From Ginglymostoma cirratum (Eukaryota): DNA of 64,000 nt. The DNA lies in assembly GCA_024137785.1 (NCBI GenBank), contig JAHRHZ010000289.1, positions 8,183,814 to 8,247,813 on the forward strand, in the 5' to 3' direction. The translations under genes were made by a program, and so were the position numbers. A model generated the notes under the pieces. It was not told the origin of the DNA and ran no database searches. It saw only the letters and a program-made list of their open reading frames with translations. Below, piece after piece: positions 12,741 through 25,148 of this stretch. Position 1 is the stretch's first letter. Each line of letters starts with the position of its first letter.

Positions 12741-15700
12741 CGTGTCTAGAGAATTTGAAACCATTACTGACTCTTCAGTGGCGATACCGCCAGCAATATT
12801 TCTGCTCAATGCATCCACGTTTGTTATTTGGCCTTCCGGACAGTGTTCCAACTTGTAATTATACCATTTAAATATTAGAGCCCACTGCTGATTTCAGCCT
12901 GAAGCTATGCTTGTCACTGCCTTGTCCTCCTTAAGTAGACTTAGCATCAGTATAGAGATTGGTGGGATGTCCTGACTCCAAATATGACCACCAAACCTTC
13001 CTTCTCTATTTAGGCGTACTTATTCTCTGCATTAACCAAAGTCCAGGGTGCATAAGCTATTGGGTGTTCCTCAACGTTAGGCCACCTGTGAGCTAATACT
13101 ACCCCATACGGGGAGGCATTTCATGTCAATGCCAGATTTCGTTTGGAATTATAGTGCGCCAACACCTTAGAGGATGTTAACTGTTTTCTTCATTTCTCTG
13201 AAAGCTATGGCCTGCCTATGTGACCATATCCTTTTTTAACAGTTGATGCAAAGGTGCCAGGTTGGAGGCCAGGCTATGTAGGAACTTTCCGTAATAATTC
13301 ACCAGCCCAAGGTAATACTGAAGCTTGGGAACAGATTAGGGAGCAGGGGCCCTTTTGATCCCCCTCTTTATCTTCCAACACGTGTAACCTGGTCTTATCA
13401 ACTCTGGAGTCCAGGAAGGTCACTAGGGGTGCCTGAAACACACATTTTCCCTTCCAAGGCATATACCCAATCAGAGAAAATTTTAAGCATTATGTCCAAA
13501 TTCTCTAAGTGTTCTTTAATGGTCTTCCCTGTTAATAGCATGTCATCCAGATAAATGGCGACCCTGAGATAGACCTTGTAAAATGTTCTCAATTGTCCGC
13601 TGAAAAATTACACAGGCTGATGATACCCCAAATGGCAGTCTCATATACTGGTACAAACCCTTATGGGAATTAATTGTAGCACAATTCTGGGAATCCTTAT
13701 CTAAGCGCGATTGTAATTACAATGGCTCTCATTCAGCTTTGTGAAGAATAGCCCTCCTGCCAATTGATAAAATATAAACCCTCTATGCGATGGATTGGGT
13801 ATTTATCCAGCTGCAAAAAGCAGTTTACTGTTTGTTTAAACTCCTCACAAAGGTGAGCCAACCCGTTGGGCTTCACAATCAAGACAGCCAGTGCTGCCCA
13901 TTCTACAAACTGGACTGGTTTGATGATTCCTTCGCTTTCTAGCCTTCTGATTTCTGCCTTTAAATTTGCCCATAAGGCAAATGGCACTGGGCAGGCATTG
14001 CAGAAACATGGAATTGCTTCCTAAGCAACATGCAAGGTGGCGTTGTCTCCTTTGATAGTCTCTAGGCCTTCCTGAGAAACTGCCAGGTCTTTAACTAGGA
14101 CTTCACTCAGGCAGCCATTTTCTCATAAAAAGATGTTGAGCCAATCTTGGTGAATCTTTCGCAACCAATTTCAGCCCATCAAGCTTGGGCCAGAGCCTTT
14201 TACTACAATCACTGGTAACTGAACCAACTGCTTCTCATAAGTGATCAAAATCAAAGTTTTACCCATAATCTGTAAACGTTCCCCTGTTTCGGTTTTCAGT
14301 CTAGCTAAGGTCTTGCACAAAGATAAGGATTAGAATCCAGAGTGAATTTTGTTAAATAAAAACCGAAAGAACTGCGGATGCTGTAAATTAGGAACAAAAT
14401 CAAGGGTGTAGGCCCAAAACGTCAGCCTTCCTGCTCCTCTGATGCTGCTTGGCCTGCTGTGTTCATCCAGCTCTACACCTTGTTATCTCAGATTCTCCAG
14501 CATCTGCAGTTCCTACTATCTCTGAAGCTTCACCAGCAACTTTGTTTTTGTTCCTGAATTTTGTTAAAGACTGGTCCTGTGATTACTGAAACAGCTGCAC
14601 TGGTCTTGAGCTCTATTAGAACCAGGTGACCATTTAATGAGATGTTTATCTTGATTGGTTCTGATTTGTATGTTGCTAAGAAATTTAACTGTTCAAAATC
14701 AGGTGTACGTGGACTTTCCAGGGTGGGCACTCGCCTGGATACCAGTCTGTGAGATTTCTTACTCCATTTCGGTCTGGGGGAATCTTTTGCTGTCTTGAGT
14801 CTGCTTACTGGCACAAATACAATGGATTGCTGACTTAGATCCTGAAGCAAATTTTAACTGTTTTTCCGAGGCTTGGCTTCATTTTGGAGTTTTGCTGTGG
14901 GCAGACATAGAGTCCCTCTGTTCAGGATATGTCCTGAGTGAAGTAATGCAATTTCCTTCACTCAAGTGATGTTCCCCAATCTCAGTCAGACTGGCAAGGG
15001 TGTCAATCAATACCCTACAACTCATATGTTCCACTTGCCACTTTTTCCAATGATAAAGCCGGTTGTAGTGCCTGTTTGAAGTAAATTTGGTCTTCAGCTA
15101 GTAGGTGCATTTGCGTGGTTTCATCTTTAATCCCACATACCAAACAGTCTGTCAGCATCTCACTAAGGGTTAAATAAAAGTGAAATGCCTCTGCCAGTCG
15201 TCTTAACCTTGTCCAAAATACCAATATGGATTCCCCGGTTTTGGACTGCCAAGTAAAACTGATAGTGCCTCAGAATTGGAGGAGACTTGGTGTCATAATA
15301 TTCCTTAACTAAATCAGTCAACTCTTGAAAGGTTTTAGTGTTGGGTGCCTCAGGGAAAGTTGGGCTCCAAATAACTAAAAAAGCTGTAGGTCCACAAGCT
15401 GTCAGGAGAATTACTCATTCATTGCCTTTCATCTACCCCAATGTCATTTGTCCAGAAAATAATAATGCATTCTTTCCACAAATTGGGTCAGTTTTCCATG
15501 GCAGAATCTAATGAGTCAAGCTTCCCTAATAACAGAATTATGCTAGAAATACTTGCGCTAACTCAAAGATAATTCTTTAGGAGCATGCTTTTCTCTTGTT
15601 GCCACTGAAATAACTCCACAGAGGCTAGTCAACCTTGATTTACACAAGGAGAGTCCTTGACACTTATCCAGCTCTCTCAGAGCAGGCTGTCAGAGCGAAC

Positions 15701-15825
15701 GGAACTTCTGACATTCTGTTTTTATCTGTCAACCAGGGATCTCTGTTTGGACCAGGTTAATAGCCCCACTTGGGGAACTCATATTCTATAAGGCCCACCT
15801 GGCTGACCTCATTGTAATCACTAAA
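12740..15825 (-). mobile_element. Decayed Ty3/Gypsy retrotransposon: 5' LTR (15606-15825), PBS, gag, PR, RT, RNase H
   Basis: Short LTR followed by a TGGCAACAAG PBS. gag DCLVCGIKDETTQMHLLAE; RT GIIKPVQFVEWAA, DKYPIHRIE, YLDD; RNase H NVDALSR. Confidence 0.9.
14357..14554 (+). mobile_element. Nested mini-PLE: family A pLTR inside a family B cassette, inserted in the Gypsy protease
   Basis: Inverted family B tail (14357-14400), family A pLTR (14401-14525), family B body end. Flanked by the duplication TGAATTTTGTTAAA (14343-14356 / 14555-14568). Confidence 0.8.
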
Positions 15826-16396
15826 GGTGGCACAGCTGTTACTTCTAGTGCAAGTGGGGAGGTGTTCCGTGTGAGTAGGTAGCGCAGAGGGCAGGTAGGG
15901 TCAGTGGTATCAGGGATTGCAGTGGGTGACAGTGAGTGAGGGAAGATGCTGCAGGCAGTAGTGAGAGTGGTAGAGCATGAGGCTTGGTGTGAGGTGGGTG
16001 CTATAGCAGAGATAGACTGAGAGTGAGGTGATGAGGAGAAGATGGTGGCAGTTTTGCTGATGGAGTGCAAATAATCACTGACCTTTTTCCTATAGTGCTG
16101 TGCATTCCCCACAGTTGGCTGCAACTGCACTGATCAGGTTGACAAACTCAGATAAGGCTGGTCAGGTCAAGGCTGACATGGTCTGGCATCATGGCCTCCA
16201 TTACAGGTCCATTACAGTGTCAAGAAGAGGGCATTGAGCATCTGCATTAGCCCAACCACAAGGGCTTCCACGTCCCTACTCACAAAGTGCAGTGTCAATA
16301 TTTCCTTTATCTGCCATGCCCAGGGCAAATATCAGGAATCGTGCAGGGCACGTCTGTTCCAGCTTTGCTTATCTATTTACTCAATAGTCTTTAAAA

Positions 16397-16630
16397 GCCT
16401 GCTCTGAGAGAGCTGGATAAGTGTCAAGGACTGTCCTTGTGTAAATCAAGGTTTACTGGCCTCATTGGAGTTATTTCAGTGGCGACAAGAGAAAAGAACG
16501 CTCCTAAAGAATTATCTTTGAGTTAGCGTAAACATTTCTAGCATAATTCTGTTATTTGGGAAGCTTGACTTGTTAGATTCTGCCATGGAAGACTGGCCCA
16601 GTATGTGGAAAGAATGCATTATTATTTTCC
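16397..16630 (+). repeat. Inverted duplicate of the Gypsy LTR-end/PBS/gag start (copy of ~15453-15688)
   Basis: Direct reverse-complement match, roughly 90% by eye. Includes PBS TGGCGACAAG. Confidence 0.9.
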
Positions 16631-17214
16631 AGTGTCAAGGATATTGAACTATTGTGGGCCATCCAGGCAGATGCAATCTGCTCCTGGTATGGAATGAGAC
16701 TAGATGTGGGTGAGAATAGAGGGAGGAAGGTGATGAATGAGGCAGGTTTTTGCAAGGTATGGTGAGAAAACCGGCTGGGCTTCATGGAGAAAAACTCTCC
16801 ATTAAACTCAACAAAACTGACATTTAGTAAAAATACATAAATTTCAATGTAACATTTCAGGTCAACAACTTTTCATCAGACCTAGGAAAAGTGAGAGGCG
16901 TAATTATTTAGTAAGTAGGGAGAAGATGGAGAAAAGAACAGAAGGAAAGGTCTGTAATAATAGGTTACAGTGCGGGAGACATTAATTCAAAGTATCAATG
17001 TCTATCATTTCTGCCATCTTCACCATAATAACACCATTAAACATGTCTTCCCCCCACTTCCAGCATTCTAAAGGGATTGGTCCCTCCCTGATTCCCTTGT
17101 CCACTCCTCAATTGCCCTCCTTCTTCCCATGGTACTTTACCATTAGAACGTAGGTAATGTAATACCTGCCCTTTTGCTTCCTCTTTTATCACTATAGAAG
17201 AGCACTATCAAAAC

Positions 17215-18249
17215 CAGGAACAAAGACAGAAGCTGCTGGAAAAGCTCAGCAGGTCCGGCAACATCTGTGAAGAAAAAACTCAGAGTTAATGCTTCGGGTC
17301 TGGTGACCCTTCCTCAGAACTGATGGTAGCTGGGAAATCATCGGTTTATATGCAGAAAGTAGGGAGGGGGATGGGGAAGGGAGTAAACAATAGGATAGAG
17401 CCCGGTGAGAGAAAAGCATTTGGATAGATAAAGGAGTTGATAACGATCTGGCTAGGAGGGTGAATAGCTGTTAATGGGGACTGTTAGCGACTAACAATGG
17501 GCAGTGTGTAATAGTGGGACATGTGGTGATATGGCCTGGTGTGTGGGGTAGGGAGCTCGGACATGGGAGAGTTTAGGCCCTAAAATTATTGAACTCAATA
17601 TTGGGCCTGGAGGGCTGTATGGTCCCTAAGCAGAAAATGAGGCATTTTTCCTCCAGCTTGTGTTGAGCTTCGCTGCAACACTGCCGCAAGCCAGAGACAG
17701 AGATGTTGGCCAGGGAACAGGGTGGTACATTAAAGTAGCAGGCAACAGGTAGCTCAGGGTATTTTTTGTGAGCAAAATGTAAATGTTCTGCTCTCATTTT
17801 CTGCTTGGGGACCCTGCAGCCCTCCGGACTCAATATTGAGTTCAATAATTTTACGGCCTAAACTGTCCCTTGTCCAAGCCCCCCTATCCCACATGCCATG
17901 CCTTGTTATCGCATAGCCTGCCATTACACCCTACCTATTGTTAGTCACTAACAGTCCCCATTAACAACTATTTACCCTCCTAGCCAGATCGTTATCAACT
18001 CCTTTGTCTATCCAACTGCTCTTCTCTCTCTTCAGACTCTATCCTATCGTTTACTCCCTACCCCTCCCCCTCCCTATTTTCTGCATATAAATTGACATTT
18101 TCCCAGCTACCATCAGTTCTGAGGAAGGGTCACCAGACCCGAAAAGTTAACTCTTAATTTTTTCTTCACAGATGCTGCCGGACCTGCTGAGCTTCCAGCA
18201 ACTTCAGTTTTTGTTTCTGATTTACAGCATCCACAGTTCTTTTGGTTTT
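17215..18249. mobile_element. Fold-back Penelope element, family B: two inverted pLTR/GIY-YIG 3' arms
   Basis: 17215-17641 is the reverse complement of ~17792-18218. Flanked by CACTATCAAAAC / CACAATCAAAAC (17203-17214 / 18250-18261). Minus-strand ORF remnant AEHL...PELPVACYFN...LGTIQP..NIEFNNFR. Confidence 0.85.
18115..18152 (+). ncRNA. Minimal type I hammerhead ribozyme motif, family B
   Basis: AGTT-CTGAGGA-A-GGGTC-ACCA-GACCC-GAAA-AGTT-AACT. Perfect 5-bp stem II and stem I AGTT/AACT; one helix III substitution. Mirror copy at 17284-17321 (-). Confidence 0.7.
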
Positions 18250-19339
18250 CACAATCAAAACTACTCCTTCCAAGTTAAGCAATATACCCTTGTGAGTTCT
18301 ACTTTGCAAAAAACATACACAGATCGGGTGACGTCCTTGTGGAACGCCGCTATTAAGTTTGTTAGCATAACACCAAGACCCAATGGCTGCGATTTTAAAT
18401 CTCGAGTTTGGTCTCACACTGACCCCTCTATCCTGAGCTTGCTGCAGTGTTCCAGTGAAATTCAACATTAACTCGAGGAACAGTGTTTTACCTTTCAATG
18501 AGGCACTTAGCGCCTTCCTGCCTCGATGTATTTTTAAAATTTCAGATTGCACACTCTGCCCATGTTGATTCTTCACAGGTTTTGGTTTTTCAGTTTTTGA
18601 TTCTTCTTTCCTTATGCATCATCAATCCCTTTGACCCTGCATGCCTGAACCTTCTGTTGGTGGATAAGATTCCTAATGAACCTTTCCCAAGACGTTGCTT
18701 ACCCTTCTAAATGTGACACAGTCTGTCCCTTACTTCCTCCATCATCCCACACTCCCAGCCACTGCGACCTAGCATTTCCACTAATCATAATTTACTCTAG
18801 AATGAAGGAAATATATATTTAAATATTAACAGGTATTGTGAGAGCTGCAGTTGGCTTCATTATTCTTCAGACAGTAAATTATTAAACTCACTCATACCAT
18901 TGAGAGAGACTACTAGAAACAAAATATGCCTGAATTAAAACCAGATCAATAGAATGTTCGATACTTGCATTGGATGGTACATGATAGGCGACTAAGAATA
19001 CATTAATTTGTCATTACCACAGGAACTTCAAAAAGGAGTTAAGCAAAGCTGGAAATGTGAATGCTGTGACATTTGAGTAGGATTTAAAATGCACTGTCAT
19101 TAGATGCCTTTCTTCAGATTACCTCAAATAAAAATTGGTATTTAAGCCTATCAGAGTAGGCTTCAAATGGACAACATACTGGATCAAAGGACAAACTCTG
19201 AAGGGCTAAATAATGTAATTATTCATTAAAAACAATATAAGAATATATTTCCCTATAAAATCCATTATTTCATTTTGCCTTCTTTACTTACCCCAATTAA
19301 ATGTTTACATCAAAATCTCGCAGCATGCATTCATTCAGT

Positions 19340-20305
19340 GATGCAGACAGATAATTCCATACTGCTGGAGATGTCATTCAATTAAGGTCCATCTTCACAT
19401 AGATAATCAGCATGTCATGGCACCATTCAAAAGATAACAGGGGGTGAGTTTACCCAGATCACTGGTCAACATTAGATCCTTAACAAGTAACAAGAGAAAG
19501 AAAAGATCCGTGGTCATTCATCTCATGATTGCTGGTCATGCTTAGTCCTCCACAGATTGGCTGCTACATTTGTCCAAGTACAATCGGAACAAAACTTCAA
19601 AAATATGCAGTCACAGGCAAATAGGTTGGTGAAGGCTGCTTTCTGCATGCTTGCTTTAATCAGTCAGAGCATTGAGTATAGGATTTATGACGTCTTGTTG
19701 CAGCTGTACAACAAGTTGATAAGAGCACATTTGGAGTATTGCATGCAGTTCTGTTTGCCCTACTGTAGAAAGGACATTATTAAACTAGAAGTGGGGGCGG
19801 GGGGGCCGAAAAGATTTACTAGGATGCTACCTGGACTGGAAGGTGTGAGTTATAAAGAGATGTTGGATAGGCAGGGACTTTTCCCCTTGGAGTGTAGGAG
19901 ACTGAGGGTTGATCTTATAGATGTTGATTAAATCATGAGAAACATAGATAAGGTAGATACACAACAGCTTTATCCCATGGTAGGGAAGTCTAAAACGAGA
20001 GGTTTATGGTGAGAGGGGAGTGATACAAAAGAGCCCAGATGGGACAATTTTTTTCATACAGAAGGTGGTGAGTGTCTGGAATGGGCTGTCAGAGATAGTG
20101 GTGGAATTGAGTACAATTTGGGGTGGGATAGGTATGGAGGGACATGGACCAAACACAGGCAAGCAGGGCTGATTTAAAACTGGGGAGCATGGGCAGGTTG
20201 GACTAAAGGGCTTGTTTCCATGCTCTATGACTCGATGACTGTATGTTACTTGTGCATGGGCATCCTAAGGGTGAGCAAGACTCAATATAAATGCATATTT
20301 GTTTG
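19340..20305 (+). mobile_element. Ancient Deu-domain-like SINE (AmnSINE1/SacSINE1 type) split by a CR1 insertion
   Basis: CATGGCACCATTCAAAAGATAACAGGGG...TGGTCATTCATCTCA...ATTGGCTGC before the CR1, and tail ...CATCCTAAGG...ATATAAATGCA after it. Family assignment is from recall of the consensus. Confidence 0.55.
19607..20245 (+). mobile_element. CR1 LINE 3' fragment
   Basis: LYNKLIRAHLEYCMQF...RFTRMLPGLEG...RRLRVDLI; tail CTCTATGACTCGATGACTGTATG. Confidence 0.9.
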
Positions 20306-20467
20306 CTCATATGGTGGTTTAAAAATGCTATTGTGTAAACAAATACCATTGTTAATTATCGAGAAAAATAATATCCCTCTCTAACTTGATACACCTTCTG
20401 GCTTCTTCTGTGCTGAAAAAATCTGTCCAAAACACAAGTAGTGAGAGATTCAGCATTGCACGATGTT

Positions 20468-22006
20468 GGGCAGAATCTTCCCAGGCCCTGAATGATGAGG
20501 GCATTGGCAAGTCATTGGGAAAATATGATGAGGTCGAAAAAATTAGATTTGCAATGTGGAGAAAAAAGTCTGATTTTGCAACCGAGTTTGAAAGGATGAG
20601 ATGAGAATCTTACTTGTGGGCAGCAAGAGGCCTATTTGCATGCATCAGCATTGAGCTTGTACCTAATCTCATCTCATTGATGAGCAGCTTCTCCTCCCAC
20701 CTGCCAGATAGAAATTAGACAGTGACCATTCCTGACATCGAAGTCAGAGCTGGTACGCGGCAACTTCAGATTGCTGTTTCCTCCTCTGGGCGTCTATCTT
20801 GAACAGCAGACACTATTATCCCCGGGCATGTTCAATGGGCAGCAAATACCCATATCCCCTGTCTACGGACTTTGGTATCAGACATATGTCAGGCTCACTA
20901 CGCCCTCATGACAAATCTCTGAAAGACCAACACCATGTGGTCCTGACTGGGGCTGAGCTGGTCTCTGGCAGTCCTCCAAATGCCAGTGATTAGTGGCATT
21001 TCTTCCTCGTCCAGCTACAGAGATGTGGCAGTGAAATGCTCACCAACATGTGCTCCCGAATCTAATCTAAATAAAATACCAACCGAGGTGTCTGTACCTG
21101 AGCTGGTGGAGGGGACAGAGGTAGATTTGCCTGCGAGTCTTCTGAAAGATCTCCATCCTCAGATGTAGAGGAGACAAGTCTCGTGGGTTGGTGCTCTCGA
21201 GGCCAAAGATTCCGCTGGTGTCTGTAGAAGACAAAAGACAGAATGAGTTGTGAAATAGGGGAGGAAGTTTAAGGCTGGTTAAGAATGCACCCACAGTGGT
21301 GGTGATGGGAGAGCACACCAATGGAGAATGAATATTACTCAACTGCTGGGACATGAAGCTTTCACCATCATGACATGAGCAGTCCCGGTCCTCTCCCACT
21401 AAGGCAAGGAGCTTCTCCTTGTCAGAAATGAGGAGACAAATGTCCACCACCCTCCTCGGCTGTTCAGCCTGATTGCAAGCCATTTTTTCCTGAAATGAGA
21501 TGAGACAAAGGGAGGGACAGAGTGAGATGAAATTCCTGGTACTGGTGGGATAAAGATGTTAAGGTGTCCCTAGTAAGTACATAGGCAGCACAGAAAGAAT
21601 GCAGGGTCAGTCATCAGAGTGGGGGAGAACATGTAAGGAAAGATGCTGCCCGAAATAGTGAGAGTGGTAGACCATAAGCCTTGCTGGGTAGACTAGCAGA
21701 CATACAGCATGTGTGAAGTAGCAGAGAGATGATGCTGACACTTCCTACCATCTCAGAGCACAGCATGTCATCCTTAACATTGTTTACAGCATTGCTGGAC
21801 GTTTCTCTGGATCGTGGACATCACAGTGACCTGGATGGCAACTTCAGATGAGGCTGGGACCATGGTCTTGTGCAGCAATCCTGAGGAAACAGGATAAGCC
21901 TCTGACGCTGACAATAGTGTGAGAAAACCCACTATGGATCACAGAGAGAAACTCTCTATACAACTGAGAAATTACAACACAGCCAATTTCTGGCAAAATT
22001 CAGCCC
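20468..22006. mobile_element. Non-autonomous Harbinger-like relic with a Myb/SANT-like remnant
   Basis: TIRs GGGCAGAATCTT / AAAATTCAGCCC. Minus-strand 21740-21910 resembles 16060-16230 (LFP...EVA..V...QC.K pattern). Confidence 0.5.
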
Positions 22007-24234
22007 GTAATTTGATGTTAATTGGAACATTTGCAGCAGAAGCAAAATATTGGAAATATAATGTCTTCTGAAAGCTAAGCTGAAATTTAAAAAGCTCACG
22101 ACATCATTGGTTGAATTCTCAAAGAAGCTTTAGTGTTACAATCTCTGACCATCTTTGTGGTGTACTAGACATCGTAAAATAAGAGATAATATTGGAAAGG
22201 ATTAACAACTGAAAAAGAAAGCTAGGTTAAAATGCATCGATGTTGCAGGTTTAGCATTCACTTGTCATTTTTTTTCATCTTTATATGACCCTAAACCAAT
22301 AACATAAGTCTGGAGTCAGGAACTGACAGATTCAGGAGGGAGACTCTCTGAAATGGATTACGTACTTTGTTCCAGCTCTACATTGCGTGAGTATAAATCC
22401 AGTATATTCTGAAACCTGTGGGTGTTGGGGCAGGGTAATTTTACCCGTAATTACCAGGGGTAATGGGGTGCTAAACCGACAACACAATTCTATGCAGTTT
22501 TACATTGACCCATTCATACTCTCCTAACAGTTCATTTCTAATTTGGGAGATACCCGCTCTGCATGTAATGAGGTCTTCCCACCAAACAAACAGGGCCATT
22601 TAAATCCACAACTCAATAGCAATCAAACAACACGAAGAGTGCTGTGATTATCTGGAATCCAAAAGCAGATGAATATGTAAATATACTTTTATTGTCTCGG
22701 GTGAAGATCCTTGTCAGGACATTGTATCACTGTGGACTTGCAGTGAAAAAAATCCATCTCTAGAACGCTGTCTTCTAATTAGCATTGATAATTGTATCAA
22801 ATATTTGTGTTTATAATTGGTCACAATTAAGAAACAGTATTTAAGTTACGAGTATACTATGGTGTTTTCCTCTCCTTATTCACTGAGTATTAAATGATTG
22901 TGCATCCCTGCAGCATTTACAAACTGATATTTCCATATTGATCCCAACTGGATGAAATTAGAGTGTCACAGTCCTAATGTATGATTATATTAAAGCTCCG
23001 AATTTTGTCCACTTTGCTGCTGGAGGAATTTTGGGATCATTTTGGATCGAGAACATGATTTCCAAATGACCAAGACTTGCACACAACAGACGCGAGAACC
23101 CAATTGCACTATCCGGGAAATCTACCTTAATTTGTAAATGTGTTTTTAAGTTGACAGAAATAACTGTAGCAAAACAACTTTCTAATAATAATTTTAGATT
23201 CATGAATATATCTATTATGACTGTTTCCATGACTTTATAAATTGCTTTTTTGCTGTATCATGTAAAACAACTCACTAAGCTTTGAATTAGTATTCACCCA
23301 AACAAAGGTTTTCTTTCCAAGCCAAACTCCCACACACCTAAAATTTCACTGCACATTACCCATTCCTGTGCACATGACTTAATTTTACTCATCTTAATTT
23401 CACTTCATTTCTCGATAAACGATCCTATTTCACTTCCCTTCACTTCATTCCACATGAATTCATTCATTACTTGACTGTTCCACCTATCCTTGCTTCATAA
23501 GGTTTGACTTTACCCTCTATCACTTTGCTCCACATGAGTCCACTTAGCACTTTATTAGATGATACACCACGTTTACATTGAAAAAGGTTGGCATATTGGT
23601 TTGCTTGCACAGAAGCAGACAACACACTTCAAGGTAAAGGGTAAAATAACAATTAGTCAAAATCACCTTTGTCATCTATGAGTCCTTAATTGGGTGTCCA
23701 TTCCAGAATCTGTCTGAATCCACCTTTGTTTTATTACCTTCATACCTAAGAGAACACCACAATGGGTGCCATTAAAGACAAAAATTGATATTCCAGACGC
23801 TGTTATATTGTTCACTCTTTACCCAAAAGAAAATCAACTAAATTTATTCAAGCACAGTACATTGTGGAAAACAACATGAAGGTAACAAATAGAACTGGAT
23901 TTATCTGAATTTCAAAACCAGAAACTGGGGAAGTTTTCTCAGCTTTGCAAGAAGTATACTGAATTAACACTACAGGGAGTGCTGGCACAAAATGAGGATT
24001 CTAACAATCATCAAAGTATTATCTCCTGATTAGGTGCAGGCATACATTAATAAAGACACCTATTTTCTTATTTTTTTTTGTCCTCATCTGATGGAAAATT
24101 TAAACATATATCATGTGTATGAGGAAAACATTTTGTCCTTTAAGTGAAGAGAAGACAGAATGGAGAGCGGGGCAAAAATGTTTTGTGTTATGATGTGTTC
24201 TCTGTGGTATTATGTTAACTTTGGTATGTATGAG

Positions 24235-25148
24235 GTATGGTTGTAAGTTTGCAGATGATAGGTGGTGTATAAGGTAATGAAGAAGATTACCTCAGAGTAC
24301 AATTGGACATTGATCAGATGGGCTAATGGGCCAAGGACTGGCAGATGGAGTTTAATTCAGATAAACGTGAGATGCTGCATTTTGGTAAGGCAAACCAGGG
24401 CAGGACTTATACAGTAAATTGTAGGGCCCTAGAGAATGTTGCCAAACAAAGACACCTAGAGGTGTAGGTGCATAGTTCCTTGAAAGTGGACTCACAGGTA
24501 AACAGGTTGGTGAATTAGGCGTTTGGCACACTTGCCTTCATTGATCAGAGCATTATGTATAGAAGTTGGGACAACATGTTGCAGCTTTACAGGACATTGG
24601 TGAGGCCACTTTTAGAATACTGCATACAGTTCTGGTCTCCCTTCGATAGGAAGGATTTTGTTAATCTTGAGAGGGTGCAAAAAAGATCTACGAGGATTTT
24701 GCCAGGGCTGGAAGGTTTGAGTTATAGGGAAAGGCTGAATATGCTGGGGCTTTTTTCCTTGAAGCATCAAAGGCTGAGGGGTGATCTTATAGAGGTTTAT
24801 AAAATCATGAGGGACATGGATAGGGTGAATGGCCAAGGTCTTTTTGTATGTTGGGTGAGTCCAAAACTAGAGAGTACAGGTTTAAGGTGTGAGGAGAAAG
24901 ATTTAAAAAGGACCTGAGGGAAAACTTTTTCACACCAAGGGTGGTGCATGTAAGGAATGATCTGCCAGAAGAAGCAGTGGAGCATGGTACAATTACAACA
25001 TTTAAAAGGTTTCTGGATGGGCATGTGAATGGGAAGGGTTTGGGGGATATGGGGCAAATGCTAGCAAATGGAACTAGGTCAGATTGAAATATCTGGTTGG
25101 TACAGACCAGTTGGTGCGAAGGATCTGCTTCCATCAGTGAATCTATGG
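24235..25148 (+). mobile_element. CR1 LINE 3' fragment (RT C-terminus and tail)
   Basis: KFADD, WQMEFN.DK, LYRTLVRPLLEYCIQFWSP, RLRGDLIEVYKIM. Confidence 0.92.

Larger units (their letters stand above)
10808..16800. mobile_element. Harbinger-like relic acting as host for the LTR/Gypsy insertions
   Basis: Left end GTGGCAGAATCTT resembles the TIR at 20468. Minus-strand Myb/SANT-like remnant NAQHYRKKVSDYLHS at ~16060-16110. Right end is poorly defined. Confidence 0.4.
16850..18560 (+). mobile_element. Old Penelope-like element (GIY-YIG region), interrupted by a younger PLE
   Basis: PAF.RD.SL.DSLVHS and CNTCPF remnants (17055-17180) resume after 18262 with ILSLLQCSSE. An inverted pLTR with a decayed hammerhead lies at 16851-16879. 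Confidence 0.7.
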
